Shown: in pieces, positions 8,350 through 17,769 of the stretch
How the letters are laid out: the number at the start of each line of letters is the position of its first letter
Numbering within the stretch: the first letter of the stretch is position 1
Assembly (NCBI GenBank): GCA_964353405.1
Contig: CAYGWJ010000337.1
Location: 1 to 52,182 of the forward strand
Direction of reading: 5' to 3'
Length of the DNA stretch: 52,182 bases
Source: an uncultured Anaerolineae bacterium
GTDB lineage: Bacteria; Chloroflexota; Anaerolineae; Fen-1058
The notes under the pieces: model-generated
The model's input: the letters and a program-made list of their open reading frames with translations, nothing else
Database searches by the model: none
What the model was told of the DNA's origin: nothing
Translations under genes and position numbers: made by a program

Positions 8350-10032
8350 ATGACTTTTGCAATCGGAGAAAACGTCGGGCCGTATCGGATCATCGCCCAG
8401 CTTGGCAGCGGCGGAATGGCGACGGTTTACAAGGCCTATCACGCCGCGCTGGACCGCTATGTTGCTATCAAGGTAATGCACGCTGCGTTCAAAGAAGACC
8501 CTAATTTTCTCGCTCGTTTTCAGCGGGAAGCCAGAATTGTTGCCAGGCTGGAGCATCCCCACATCGTCCCCGTGTACGATTTCAACGAACATGAGGGGCA
8601 GCCTTACCTGGTGATGCGCTTTATCGAGGGCGATACGCTCAAGGCACGCTTGCAGGCCGGGCCAATGACAATTCCCCAGGTGACGGATATCCTCCGCCCG
8701 GTGTGCCAGGCACTGGCCTATGCTCATGACCAGGATGTGCTTCACCGCGACATCAAGCCTTCGAACATCTTGCTGACGGCGCAGGGTGGTGTGTTCCTCA
8801 CCGATTTTGGCTTGGCCAAAATCGCGCAGGCGGGCGAGTCCACGCTCAGCCAGGACACGATGATCGGCACGCCGCAGTATATTTCGCCGGAGCAGGCGCA
8901 AGGCAATGCCAGCCTGGATGTGCGGACGGATATTTATTCGCTCGGCGTGGTGATGTACGAGTTGCTCGTGGGTCGCGTGCCGTTCCAGGCCGACACGCCT
9001 TACGCTGTCATTCACGACCACATCTACTCGCCTTTGCCCATGCCGCGCAGCCTGAGGCCTGATTTGCCCGAGCCGTTCGAGCGCGTGCTGCTCAAATCGT
9101 TGGCGAAAGAACGCGACGACCGGTACACGACGGTAGAGGACATGTTGGCCGCGCTGGAAAGAGCAGTGACGCAAGCCGCTTCGTCCGCATCAACCGAAGT
9201 CAAGCCGCCGCCGCGCCAAGAACCCGCGCCGCCGATTCCGTCTCAAGCAGAAGCCAGCCTCCCATCGGCGACGGTTGCGGCGCAGGTCGCACCCGCCGTG
9301 AGCGTTTCGGTCAGCGCGACGCGCGTTGCGCCGACTGCTGAAGCATCACAGCCTCAAGTGACTGCAGCGCCCAAAAATACGTCCCGGCGGAATGCTTGGA
9401 TTGCGCTCGGCGTGGTGGCCTTGCTTGTGGTTTGTGTGGTTGCGGCGGTTGCCAACTTTGCCCCGGCACAACAGCATTTGCGCAAAGCTCGCCAGTTGCG
9501 TGATCAGGGCAAGGTGGACCAGGCGCTGGCGGAATATCAGGCGGCTGCGCAAGCCAACCACCGGCTGCAGGATACCTATGCCGAGTCAGCCGAGATGCTG
9601 ATGAATCGTGCACAGCCCGGCGATTTTTTACTTGCAGGCCAGACCTGTGAGCAAGGGCTCAGGTTTGATCCGAACGCCGCACAACTCAGGACGTGCGCGG
9701 CGCGCGCATGGTTTGCCACCAACGATTTGAACAACGCCGAGCCGCACCTGCAATGGCTGATCAAGAACAAGCCCGGCGATGCGTTGCCTCATGCCGGCCT
9801 GGCGTTCATTTTGCTTCAGCAGGGCCAGGTGGACGCGGCGCAAGAGCAGGCTCAAGCAGCGATCAACCGTGACCGGGATGCACCGGAAGGCCACATGGCA
9901 ATGGGTGCGGTGCTCTTGAGAAAAGGTCAACCCGTGCTGGCGCGCGAACAATTCAAAATCGCGTTGAATGCGCCTGTGCTCCCTCGCTGGTTGAAGGATC
10001 GGGCGCAGCAGATGATGAATGAAATCAAATAA
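8350..10032 (+). CDS. Hanks-type Ser/Thr protein kinase with TM helix and extracellular TPRs
   Basis: GSGGMATVY, VAIK, HRDIKPSN, DFG, GTPQYISPE; Pro/Ala linker, TM, TPR-like C-terminus. Extended -10 TGcTATAAT at 8298-8306 supports start 8350. Confidence 0.92.
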   Translation: MTFAIGENVGPYRIIAQLGSGGMATVYKAYHAALDRYVAIKVMHAAFKEDPNFLARFQREARIVARLEHPHIVPVYDFNEHEGQPYLVMRFIEGDTLKARLQAGPMTIPQVTDILRPVCQALAYAHDQDVLHRDIKPSNILLTAQGGVFLTDFGLAKIAQAGESTLSQDTMIGTPQYISPEQAQGNASLDVRTDIYSLGVVMYELLVGRVPFQADTPYAVIHDHIYSPLPMPRSLRPDLPEPFERVLLKSLAKERDDRYTTVEDMLAALERAVTQAASSASTEVKPPPRQEPAPPIPSQAEASLPSATVAAQVAPAVSVSVSATRVAPTAEASQPQVTAAPKNTSRRNAWIALGVVALLVVCVVAAVANFAPAQQHLRKARQLRDQGKVDQALAEYQAAAQANHRLQDTYAESAEMLMNRAQPGDFLLAGQTCEQGLRFDPNAAQLRTCAARAWFATNDLNNAEPHLQWLIKNKPGDALPHAGLAFILLQQGQVDAAQEQAQAAINRDRDAPEGHMAMGAVLLRKGQPVLAREQFKIALNAPVLPRWLKDRAQQMMNEIK

Positions 10033-10054
10033 GTCTCAACACAGGAGAAATGAC

Positions 10055-10825
10055 ATGCGTACACCCATCATTGCCGGAAACTGGAAGATGAACAAGACCG
10101 TCGCCGAGACGCTGGAGCTGGTCCGCGAAATTCGCCAGTCGCTCGGCGAAGCGCCGGAGAAAGTCGAAGTGGTACTCTGCCCGCCATTCACATCGTTGTG
10201 GGTCGCCAAGAATAGCCTGGGCCGCAGCAGGTACGGCCTGGGTGCGCAGAATCTTTACTGGGAACCCAAAGGCGCGTTCACGGGCGAAGTCAGCCCGGCG
10301 ATGCTGGCGGAGCTGGTGACCTACGTCATCATCGGCCATAGCGAGCGGCGTCAGTATTTTGGCGAGACGGATGAGACCGTGAACAAAAAGGTCAAGGCCG
10401 CGCTTGCGAACGGGCTCAAGCCCATCATGTGCGTGGGCGAAGTCCTGGCTGAATTTGAAGCCGGCAAGACGAACGAGGTCGTCAGCCGCCAAACACGCGG
10501 CGGACTGGCGGGACTCGCGCCTGAGCAGATGCAAAACGTCGTCATCGCGTACGAGCCCGTGTGGGCGATTGGCACAGGCAAGGCGGCCACTGGCCCAGGC
10601 GCGAACGTCGTTGTGGCGCAAGCGATTCGCGGCCCGTTGGCCGAAATGTTCGGCCGCGAGATTGCAGAGGCGACGCGCGTGCAGTATGGCGGCAGCGTCA
10701 CCCCGGCTAACATCGCCGAGTTCATGGCGCAGCCCGACCTCGATGGCGCTCTCGTCGGCGGCGCCAGTCTCAAAGCGGCGGACTTTGTTGAGATCATCAG
10801 GCAAACGGCGAAGGTCAAATCGTAA
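10055..10825 (+). CDS. tpiA: Triosephosphate isomerase
   Basis: IAGNWKMN, GHSERR, AYEPVWAIGTG, YGGSV, GALVGGASL; AGGAG RBS. Confidence 0.98.
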   Translation: MRTPIIAGNWKMNKTVAETLELVREIRQSLGEAPEKVEVVLCPPFTSLWVAKNSLGRSRYGLGAQNLYWEPKGAFTGEVSPAMLAELVTYVIIGHSERRQYFGETDETVNKKVKAALANGLKPIMCVGEVLAEFEAGKTNEVVSRQTRGGLAGLAPEQMQNVVIAYEPVWAIGTGKAATGPGANVVVAQAIRGPLAEMFGREIAEATRVQYGGSVTPANIAEFMAQPDLDGALVGGASLKAADFVEIIRQTAKVKS

Positions 10826-10895
10826 AGCGTAGAGTGTGGAGCGTAGAGCGTGTTGCGTGTTCCGTGTGTGTGATGAACGCGGAACGCGCAACACG
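10822..10895. repeat. Degenerate heptamer tandem repeats with inverted arm
   Basis: cgtaaag/cgtagag/tgtggag/cgtagag followed by cgtgttgcgtgttccg...cggaacgcgcaacacg. Confidence 0.6.
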
Positions 10896-10974
10896 TTTTG
10901 CCTCACGTTGCCCGCTATGGCAAGTGCGTTGGATGACCTGAGGCAGCGTGGTCGCGCTTGATGTGATGTGAGAC

Positions 10975-12078
10975 GTGAACGATCAAGTGACACTCATTGT
11001 CATGGCCGGTGGCGGAGGCGATTCGCCTGTCGAGCGCGCCGTGGCCGAAGCGTGCCGCGCCGCCGCGCGAGATACCCTTGAGCGTGCGCTTGAGGCAGAG
11101 GTAGCCAGTCGCATTTTCGTTGTTACCGATCAAGCTGAATGGGCAGCAACGCTGGCGGACCTGCCTGTAGTGATTGACCTCGACACATCAGGCGCGCCAT
11201 TTCACTTTGGTCAACGGCTGGCAGGCGTCATCGAGTGTCACGACATCCGCCGCGCGTTTTACCTGGGCGGCGGGAGCGCGCCGCTGATGAATGGCGCAAC
11301 GCTGCGCGCCATTGCTGACTCCATCCGTCACGACGACGGAGTGATCGTCACCAACAACATTTTTTCCAGCGATTGGGCCGCGTTCGCTCCGGCGGATGCG
11401 GCGGTGAAATACGCCGACCAACTCCGCTCGGACAATTCGTTGGGGTGGGTGCTTTCGCGGCACGGCGGGCTGACCGCGCGCGAGTGGCCCCGCTCGGCGG
11501 TAACGCAGTTTGACCTGGACACGCCGACCGATCTCATCATAGCGGGCTTGCAGACGGACATCGGGCCGCGTTTGCGTGCGCACATCGCAACGCTCGGTTG
11601 GGATGATTCGCACGTGCGCTTTGCCCGGCAGACCCTGATGACTCCGGCAAAACAGGTTATAATAGCGGGACGTGTGCCGCAGTCAACGCTGGCGCACCTG
11701 GAAAGCAAGACGCTGTGCTGGGTGCGCATGTTTTCCGAAGAGCGTGGGATGCGCGCCAGCGGACGGCTCGCCAGTGGGCTCGTGCGCTCGCTGTTGGCCG
11801 ATTACCTGGCGCTCGTTGGGTTGGAACGCTTCTTTGTCGAGATGGGCGAGCTGGCCGACGCGATGTTCCTGGACAGCCGGGTGATCATGGCCGCAAGAAG
11901 ACACGGGATGTGGCCTTCACCCGCCGACCGTTTCCTGTCCGACCTGCGCCGCCCGGACGACATCGCCGACCTGTTCTTGCACGATTTCACTGCCGCTGCG
12001 CTCGCCGCGCCGCTCCCGGTTGTCCTGGGCGGACATTCACTGGTCTCTGGCGGGCTGCTAGCTCTGATCACGGATTGA
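10975..12078 (+). CDS. Conserved hypothetical protein with CofC/nucleotidyltransferase-like fold
   Basis: N-terminal LIVMAGG and FDLDTPTDL resemble the CofC/MobA-like DxDTPxDL motif; 367 aa. Confidence 0.6.
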   Translation: MNDQVTLIVMAGGGGDSPVERAVAEACRAAARDTLERALEAEVASRIFVVTDQAEWAATLADLPVVIDLDTSGAPFHFGQRLAGVIECHDIRRAFYLGGGSAPLMNGATLRAIADSIRHDDGVIVTNNIFSSDWAAFAPADAAVKYADQLRSDNSLGWVLSRHGGLTAREWPRSAVTQFDLDTPTDLIIAGLQTDIGPRLRAHIATLGWDDSHVRFARQTLMTPAKQVIIAGRVPQSTLAHLESKTLCWVRMFSEERGMRASGRLASGLVRSLLADYLALVGLERFFVEMGELADAMFLDSRVIMAARRHGMWPSPADRFLSDLRRPDDIADLFLHDFTAAALAAPLPVVLGGHSLVSGGLLALITD

Positions 12079-12091
12079 CAGAGTAACTGTC

Positions 12092-12577
12092 GTGAAGACT
12101 ACCATCCTGTTCATCTGCACAGCCAACATGTGCCGTTCGCCGATGGCGGAAGGCTTGATGCGGAGCAAGCTCGAGCGCCTAGACCGCGCGCACGAGTTTC
12201 GTGCGGCCTCGGCTGGCGTCTGGACGGTGGATGGTCGCCCGGCTACCGAAAGCGCGATCATGGTGATGACCGAGCTGGGCATAGACATTCGTGGGCACCG
12301 CAGCCGTCTGCTGACCGAGAGGATCGTAGAGAATGCGGCGCTGATTCTCACCATGACCCACAGCCACGCGGAAGCGATTCGAGCCGAGTTCCCCGAGCAT
12401 AAGAATCGCGTGTTTCTGCTTTCAGAGATGGTGGGGTATGGTTACGACATCGCGGACCCGGTCGGAGGCTCGCTGTTGGATTATGAAGAAACGGCCCAGG
12501 AGATCGAAGCCCTTATCGAGACGGGATATGAGCGAATGATGCAGTGGATCGAACAACTGGCGGTTGGCGAGCGGTGA
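12092..12577 (+). CDS. Low-molecular-weight protein Tyr/Arg phosphatase
   Basis: ILFICTANMCRSPMAE P-loop, SAG, DIADP. Confidence 0.92.
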   Translation: MKTTILFICTANMCRSPMAEGLMRSKLERLDRAHEFRAASAGVWTVDGRPATESAIMVMTELGIDIRGHRSRLLTERIVENAALILTMTHSHAEAIRAEFPEHKNRVFLLSEMVGYGYDIADPVGGSLLDYEETAQEIEALIETGYERMMQWIEQLAVGER

Positions 12578-14029
12578 TCAAATCCCCGCGCCAACGGGTT
12601 TCTCTGCCATTTTGATTCGATCGAACGCGGCGTGAATCTCGGCCAACGCCTCGGCGCGCTCCGGCAATTCCCCATAGTGAACACCTACATAAGCCTCGGT
12701 CAATCGCGACAAATCTGATTCGCAGCCGGGAAAGGCCTGTCCCAACGCGGCGAGATGCTCGTAAGGCGTGTGTGCGGCCGGGCGGGGATAGCCGCGCGAC
12801 GCGGCCAGCTTGACGGTCTGCGCGTAAATGCGTCGGATGGTCAGCGCCGCAAACAGTCCGGTGGCGCCGAAACGCCCGGCGATGTCGGCCAGCCGCCCTA
12901 GTTGCGCCAGCCGGTTTCGCAGTTGCCGCCCGAGTTTTCCGAGTAGCGCACTGCCTGACCAGACCGACTCGTGCAGTTCGTCTTCACCTTCGGTCAGCCG
13001 CCGCCGCCGCATGCCCCAAGCCACGGCCACCAGCACAGCCAGCACAAGGAGGATCACCGCGATGACTTGCGCATATGGGCCGATGTAGAATCCGGTATCG
13101 GTCTGTTTCATTTTCTCAGCCGGGTTGCCCGAGCCGGGTGACAGATTGAAGAATTGAATAGCCACCGTCGCCAGCCAGTTTTGAAGGGGCCGAATGATGA
13201 TCTCCAGGATAATTCCGAGCAGGGCCACGAACGAGATAAAGATCAGGACGACGGGCGCGGCGATGATGCTGAGCAAGGGCCACAGCCGCATCAATAATTC
13301 GTCCGGCCCGATGCCGAGGATAAAGGCGCTGATGAGGCTGGCGAGCAAGACCACGACCCCCGTCGAGCTTACGAGTATCGTTGCCCACCAGCCACTCGCT
13401 CCGCGAGCAACGCGCCCTCCACGCTCACGCGCGATCATTTCCACGCGCGTCAGGCTGACGGCCAGCAACTGGCAAAAGAAGTAGGCTGGGATGAAAATGG
13501 TGAGGTCTTGTTCGACGTTTATGACCACCAGCAGCGACAGCATGACGATGCCGATCTGAAAACTCCTTGCCACGTCCGCGATGCTGGGCAGCCGGTCCGC
13601 CAGTTGCAGGCCGCGCCTGCACAGCCAGGCTACTGCCATCGCCGCAATGATCGTCTCGGGCAGCAACCGCGTCAGGTCGAGGATGTGGCCGGATGGCGCG
13701 CGCAGCCAGGCCCAATCGCCCAGGTGCGGAGCCGTGAACACGGCAACATTCATCACCTGCGCGCTTGCGCCGACCATGCCGATCAGAACCACCGCACGTT
13801 GAATCAGCGTGGGGGTGTGCACTGCGTCCATCGCACGCGTGGCGTACAGCGTTCCCAGAATGAGAACCAGGCAGGCCCCAACCGCGACCACGGGCACGAT
13901 GGTGCGACCGCCAGGCAGCAGCCCGATCAGCCACGGTGCGACGAGGATTGCCTCGGACAGCGCCTGTGCGGGCAGAATGGCTTCACGCCGCCAATTGGTA
14001 TTAAGAGATCCACCTTGCTCACGGTTCAA
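12578..14029 (-). CDS. Multi-pass membrane protein with C-terminal DUF4129 (paralog 2)
   Basis: Many TM helices; IRRIY..GYPRPAAHTPYEH..LTEAYVGVHYG motif; start uncertain (TTG). Confidence 0.8.
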   Translation of the reverse strand: MNREQGGSLNTNWRREAILPAQALSEAILVAPWLIGLLPGGRTIVPVVAVGACLVLILGTLYATRAMDAVHTPTLIQRAVVLIGMVGASAQVMNVAVFTAPHLGDWAWLRAPSGHILDLTRLLPETIIAAMAVAWLCRRGLQLADRLPSIADVARSFQIGIVMLSLLVVINVEQDLTIFIPAYFFCQLLAVSLTRVEMIARERGGRVARGASGWWATILVSSTGVVVLLASLISAFILGIGPDELLMRLWPLLSIIAAPVVLIFISFVALLGIILEIIIRPLQNWLATVAIQFFNLSPGSGNPAEKMKQTDTGFYIGPYAQVIAVILLVLAVLVAVAWGMRRRRLTEGEDELHESVWSGSALLGKLGRQLRNRLAQLGRLADIAGRFGATGLFAALTIRRIYAQTVKLAASRGYPRPAAHTPYEHLAALGQAFPGCESDLSRLTEAYVGVHYGELPERAEALAEIHAAFDRIKMAEKPVGAGI

Positions 14030-15497
14030 TGCTCAGTCTCGGTCCCGGTTTCTCTGTCGCTTCTGTTGGAGCCTTGATGCGCTCAAACGCCGCGCGGATT
14101 TCCAAGAGTGCGTCGGCGCGCTCCGGCAACTCTCCATAGTGAACGGCCACATAAGCCTCCGTCAGTTGGAACACATCCGATTCGCAGCCGGGGAAGGCCT
14201 GGCGCAAGGCGGCGAGATGCTCGTAGGGCGTGCGCGCCGCCGGGCGGGGATAACCGCGCGATGCGGCCAGCCGAACGGTCTGCGCGTAAATCCGGCGGAT
14301 GGTCAGCGCCGCGAACAGTCCGCCGGCGCCAAAGCGATCCAGGATGCTGGCCAGGTTTCTCAATTGCGCCAGGCGATTCAATAGTCGCGCGAGCAGCTTG
14401 CGCCCGAGTTCCCGGCTAGACCAGATGGACTCGTGCTGTTCGCCTCCTTCGCCGGCGGCGTTGGCGCGTCGCTTGCCGACCATTTGCACGACGCTTACCA
14501 CCACGGCCAATACCAGCAGAATGATCAGTAGACCGATGCCATATCCAATAACGCGCAGAACCACGACGACGAGCGCGGGCGGCTTGAAACTGAGCCATGG
14601 GCCCATGAGCGCCTGAAGCTGTTGGGCGAGAGTTGTCAACGCGCCGATCAGGGACATGAAAGCGGTCAGGAGCATCCGGGCGATGCGCTCGATCAAGCCC
14701 ATGAAGGGAAGCGAGAGCAAGAGCAGAGGCAGTGTGATAAGGGCGATGAAAGGCGCGAGCCAGAAGAATAACTGGTCGGGCGGCAGACCCAACACGAACG
14801 CGCTCACCGCGCCCGCGACGAGAATGACAACTCCCGTCGAGCCGAGGAGCGCCATGATCCACCATCCGCTCGACGGCAAACGTCTGCCGCCGCTCACGTG
14901 TGAAACGGTCTCGACCCGCGTCAAAGCCATGGCAAGCAGTTGGCTGAAGAAAAATGTCGAGACAAAGGCCGTAACGTATTGCGCGGTACTGACCAGGGCC
15001 ACCAGTGACAGCACGATCACTCCGACGTGAAACCCCAGCGCCGCTTCGCGCACGCTCACGGGCTGGTTGACCAGCCGCAGCCCGCGCCAGCACAGCCAGG
15101 TCACGCTCAACAAAATGACCAGACTGCCCGGCATGAGATAGACCAGGTTATTCAGGTCCAACAGTGCTTGCCGCCAGTCACGTTCCATCCACTGAGGCCC
15201 GCCGAACGCAAGCTGATACACGAGCCACGCGCTCAGGCCCAGGATGATGAGCAGAATCAGGCCGCGCTGAATCCATGCAGTCACACGCAGCGCGTCCATC
15301 ACGCGCGCAAGATACGACGCGCCGACGATGAGCGCGAGGCACGCGCCAGCGACGTGCTCGGGCCGGGCAGCCTGCCCCATCGGAAGAAATGATGCCAGCC
15401 AGGGCGCGATGAGGCATGTCTCCGCAACAGCTTGCGCAGGCAGAATCGCTTCGCGTCGCCAGTTGATTTTCCCAAGCCAAGACACTTGGCCGCTCAT
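14019..15497 (-). CDS. Multi-pass membrane protein with C-terminal DUF4129 (paralog 1)
   Basis: Same architecture and motifs; ATGA overlap with the DUF58 stop. Confidence 0.82.
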   Translation of the reverse strand: MSGQVSWLGKINWRREAILPAQAVAETCLIAPWLASFLPMGQAARPEHVAGACLALIVGASYLARVMDALRVTAWIQRGLILLIILGLSAWLVYQLAFGGPQWMERDWRQALLDLNNLVYLMPGSLVILLSVTWLCWRGLRLVNQPVSVREAALGFHVGVIVLSLVALVSTAQYVTAFVSTFFFSQLLAMALTRVETVSHVSGGRRLPSSGWWIMALLGSTGVVILVAGAVSAFVLGLPPDQLFFWLAPFIALITLPLLLLSLPFMGLIERIARMLLTAFMSLIGALTTLAQQLQALMGPWLSFKPPALVVVVLRVIGYGIGLLIILLVLAVVVSVVQMVGKRRANAAGEGGEQHESIWSSRELGRKLLARLLNRLAQLRNLASILDRFGAGGLFAALTIRRIYAQTVRLAASRGYPRPAARTPYEHLAALRQAFPGCESDVFQLTEAYVAVHYGELPERADALLEIRAAFERIKAPTEATEKPGPRLSIEP

Positions 15498-16753
15498 GGC
15501 GTGACCTCTCGCCACTGTGCAAAGATGTTGAGTTGGGCGATGGGGTTTTGCTCGGCGGGCATGGCCCAGTTGTTCTCGGGCAGGTGATGCGTCAACACAC
15601 CGTTCAGTTCAGGCGGCGGGTCCTTGGCCAACGACACGAGCACCATCTGCCGTCCCGCCGAGCGCAGCTGGATGACGGATGCGAGCAGCTCATCGGTGAT
15701 GACGGGCGTCACCACGACGAGGGTTGCACCCCACGGCAAGGCCGGGCTTGAGCGCAGGAGAAAGCGCCCCATCGGCACAGTCACGTAACCCGTGACAGCG
15801 GCCAGCAGTTCGAGGATGCGCGTGAGTTGGTCGGGACTGCGGCCGGGCATCACGCGGATGGGGCGGTCGGAGCGAGGCACTGCGCCGTTCGAGACCAGCC
15901 CGACCGAGTAGCGATGGTCGGTGGCATGTGCAGCCAGCGACGCGGACACGACGATGGCCCGTTCGAGCAGTTCGGGCAGGATGCCTTCCCACGGGCGCGC
16001 AAGCGTGGCGACGTTCAAGCAGATCACCGCCGTGAGCGTCGTCGTCGGCTCATAGACACGCGCCTGAAGCTGCTGGCGGCGCGCCGTGGCTGGCCAGTGG
16101 ACGTGGCGAAAGCTGTCGCCGGGCTGCATGTCGCGCGCCCCCATCGTCCGGCTGGGGTCTTCAAAGAGCCTACGTTGTGCGCGTGTGTCTCCAAAAGGCT
16201 CCTTCGACGGCAGGCCCAGCTCGGGTAAAGAATAGATGCGGGGGTAGACGATGAGGAAATCCTGTTCTTCGATCACTCGCTCGGTCTGAAACAGGCCGAA
16301 CACGTCGCCGGAACGCAGCCGCGTGGGGCCGAGGCCGTACACGCCGCGCCGTCCGGTCTGCAACGTATAATGGCGGCGGACGCGCTCGTACCAGCGCAGC
16401 GCAAAGACATGCGTCAGTTCGCCCATGTCGGCCACCGGTGAAGGGCCGAGCGCCTGCGTGTCGGTGGGCGGCACGGCCAGCGGCCATTCGTCGTCCACGC
16501 GCAGCCACGGCACGGGCAAGAGTTTAGAGTTTTCTACCATCACTTCAATGTCCACCGTCTCGCCGGGAAAGGCGCGCTTCCGGGCGATGCGTCGGCGATA
16601 GGTCACGTCGCGTAGCGCGCGGTCGTTCCACCAGTGGCCGGCGGCGATGGTCAACAGCAGAAAAATGGGCAGCACCAGCACGGCCCGCTGGCCTAGCAGC
16701 AGGCCCATCAAGATCATGAGGATGGAGAGTGTGATCCAGCGTTGGTTGAACAT
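15494..16753 (-). CDS. DUF58 (vWA-like) MoxR-associated protein
   Basis: NSKLLPVPWLRVDD, RRGVY..GP, LIVYP, GARDMQPGDSFRHVHWPATAR. Confidence 0.9.
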   Translation of the reverse strand: MFNQRWITLSILMILMGLLLGQRAVLVLPIFLLLTIAAGHWWNDRALRDVTYRRRIARKRAFPGETVDIEVMVENSKLLPVPWLRVDDEWPLAVPPTDTQALGPSPVADMGELTHVFALRWYERVRRHYTLQTGRRGVYGLGPTRLRSGDVFGLFQTERVIEEQDFLIVYPRIYSLPELGLPSKEPFGDTRAQRRLFEDPSRTMGARDMQPGDSFRHVHWPATARRQQLQARVYEPTTTLTAVICLNVATLARPWEGILPELLERAIVVSASLAAHATDHRYSVGLVSNGAVPRSDRPIRVMPGRSPDQLTRILELLAAVTGYVTVPMGRFLLRSSPALPWGATLVVVTPVITDELLASVIQLRSAGRQMVLVSLAKDPPPELNGVLTHHLPENNWAMPAEQNPIAQLNIFAQWREVTP

Positions 16754-16817
16754 TTGTCAGTGATTAGTAATCGGTGATCAGTCAATCAGTTTCTTGATCT
16801 GCCTGTCGGCTGTCACA

Positions 16818-17732
16818 CTACCGTCTGCCTCGCCGGAAAAGTCCCAAGTCTTGAAAGCTGCGGGCCGTTTCTGCCTCCATGCGTCCGCTGTCATACAAGA
16901 AACGGACAAAACGTTTCAAGCTGACCTGCGCATCGTCTGCTCCTGTGCCTATGCTTCCGAGGTAATGGTCCACATCGGCGGCAGTGATCTCAATCAGGGG
17001 GCGCGGCAGATCTTGCCCCAGGAGAGAGTTGGCAAAGGTTTCAATGTTGCCTACATGCTGTTCGACCATCTTGGGGCTGAGGCCGGATTTGTAGAGGCCC
17101 TTTTGAAATTCGCGAAGGAGTTTGGTGTTCCGGTCTTGATGGCTCTCTTTCATTTCATCTGCGGTAGGAGGCTGCGCAAGCGGAAGCAAGGTAGTGATGA
17201 TGCCTTCACGCTCTTGTGCTTCTCGATAGGTCTCGTTCAGTCTCCGCTTGATGCCGCCGCCGAAAGTGATGCGGTATGGAGCCAACAAGCTGTCGTAAGT
17301 GATCTGGTCTTCAAAGGGAATCAAAACGGCCTGGACAAGCACGGGCAGATACGGGCCGACGATTTGCTCCAGGGGACTGGTCAGACCAAGTACGCCATAG
17401 GCGCGAGCGGATGGGCTATCTTGCAAAAAGACCGTATATTTTTTGAGGTGTCGAAAGACAAAGAAATTTCCAGCGACGCGATATTGCCAACTGGCGACGA
17501 TGTCAAGGTCTGCCAGAGAAAGCCGGGAGGGATTCTCGGCGATAAAGCTCTCGCGTATCGAGTCATCGGCCCATAGAGCTTCGCGGATCTTGAGGGCCTT
17601 GGCGGGCTCGACCGATCCCTGCGTCGGTTGCGCTGGCAGGTCGGGGACAAGATGGCGTTGCGCATTGGTGTAGCTGAGCAACGCCCACCAGATTTTGTAA
17701 AAATGCTCGGTTTGGGCAGGTAGCAGAATCAT
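16818..17732 (-). CDS. Hypothetical protein; C-terminus resembles the SAM-like core-binding domain of tyrosine integrases
   Basis: AAGGAG RBS. FQKGLYKSGLSPKMVEQH..IETF..ITAADVDHYL..SLKRFVRFL pattern; no catalytic R-H-R-Y domain. Confidence 0.6.
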   Translation of the reverse strand: MILLPAQTEHFYKIWWALLSYTNAQRHLVPDLPAQPTQGSVEPAKALKIREALWADDSIRESFIAENPSRLSLADLDIVASWQYRVAGNFFVFRHLKKYTVFLQDSPSARAYGVLGLTSPLEQIVGPYLPVLVQAVLIPFEDQITYDSLLAPYRITFGGGIKRRLNETYREAQEREGIITTLLPLAQPPTADEMKESHQDRNTKLLREFQKGLYKSGLSPKMVEQHVGNIETFANSLLGQDLPRPLIEITAADVDHYLGSIGTGADDAQVSLKRFVRFLYDSGRMEAETARSFQDLGLFRRGRR

Positions 17733-17769
17733 TTGGCTCCTTTCTACGGATCACGGATTGACCGATTGA

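Noticed and set aside
16818-17732. Functional integrase for the 1-7228 island
   Set aside because: No catalytic R-H-R-Y domain, and it lies 10 kb from the island.
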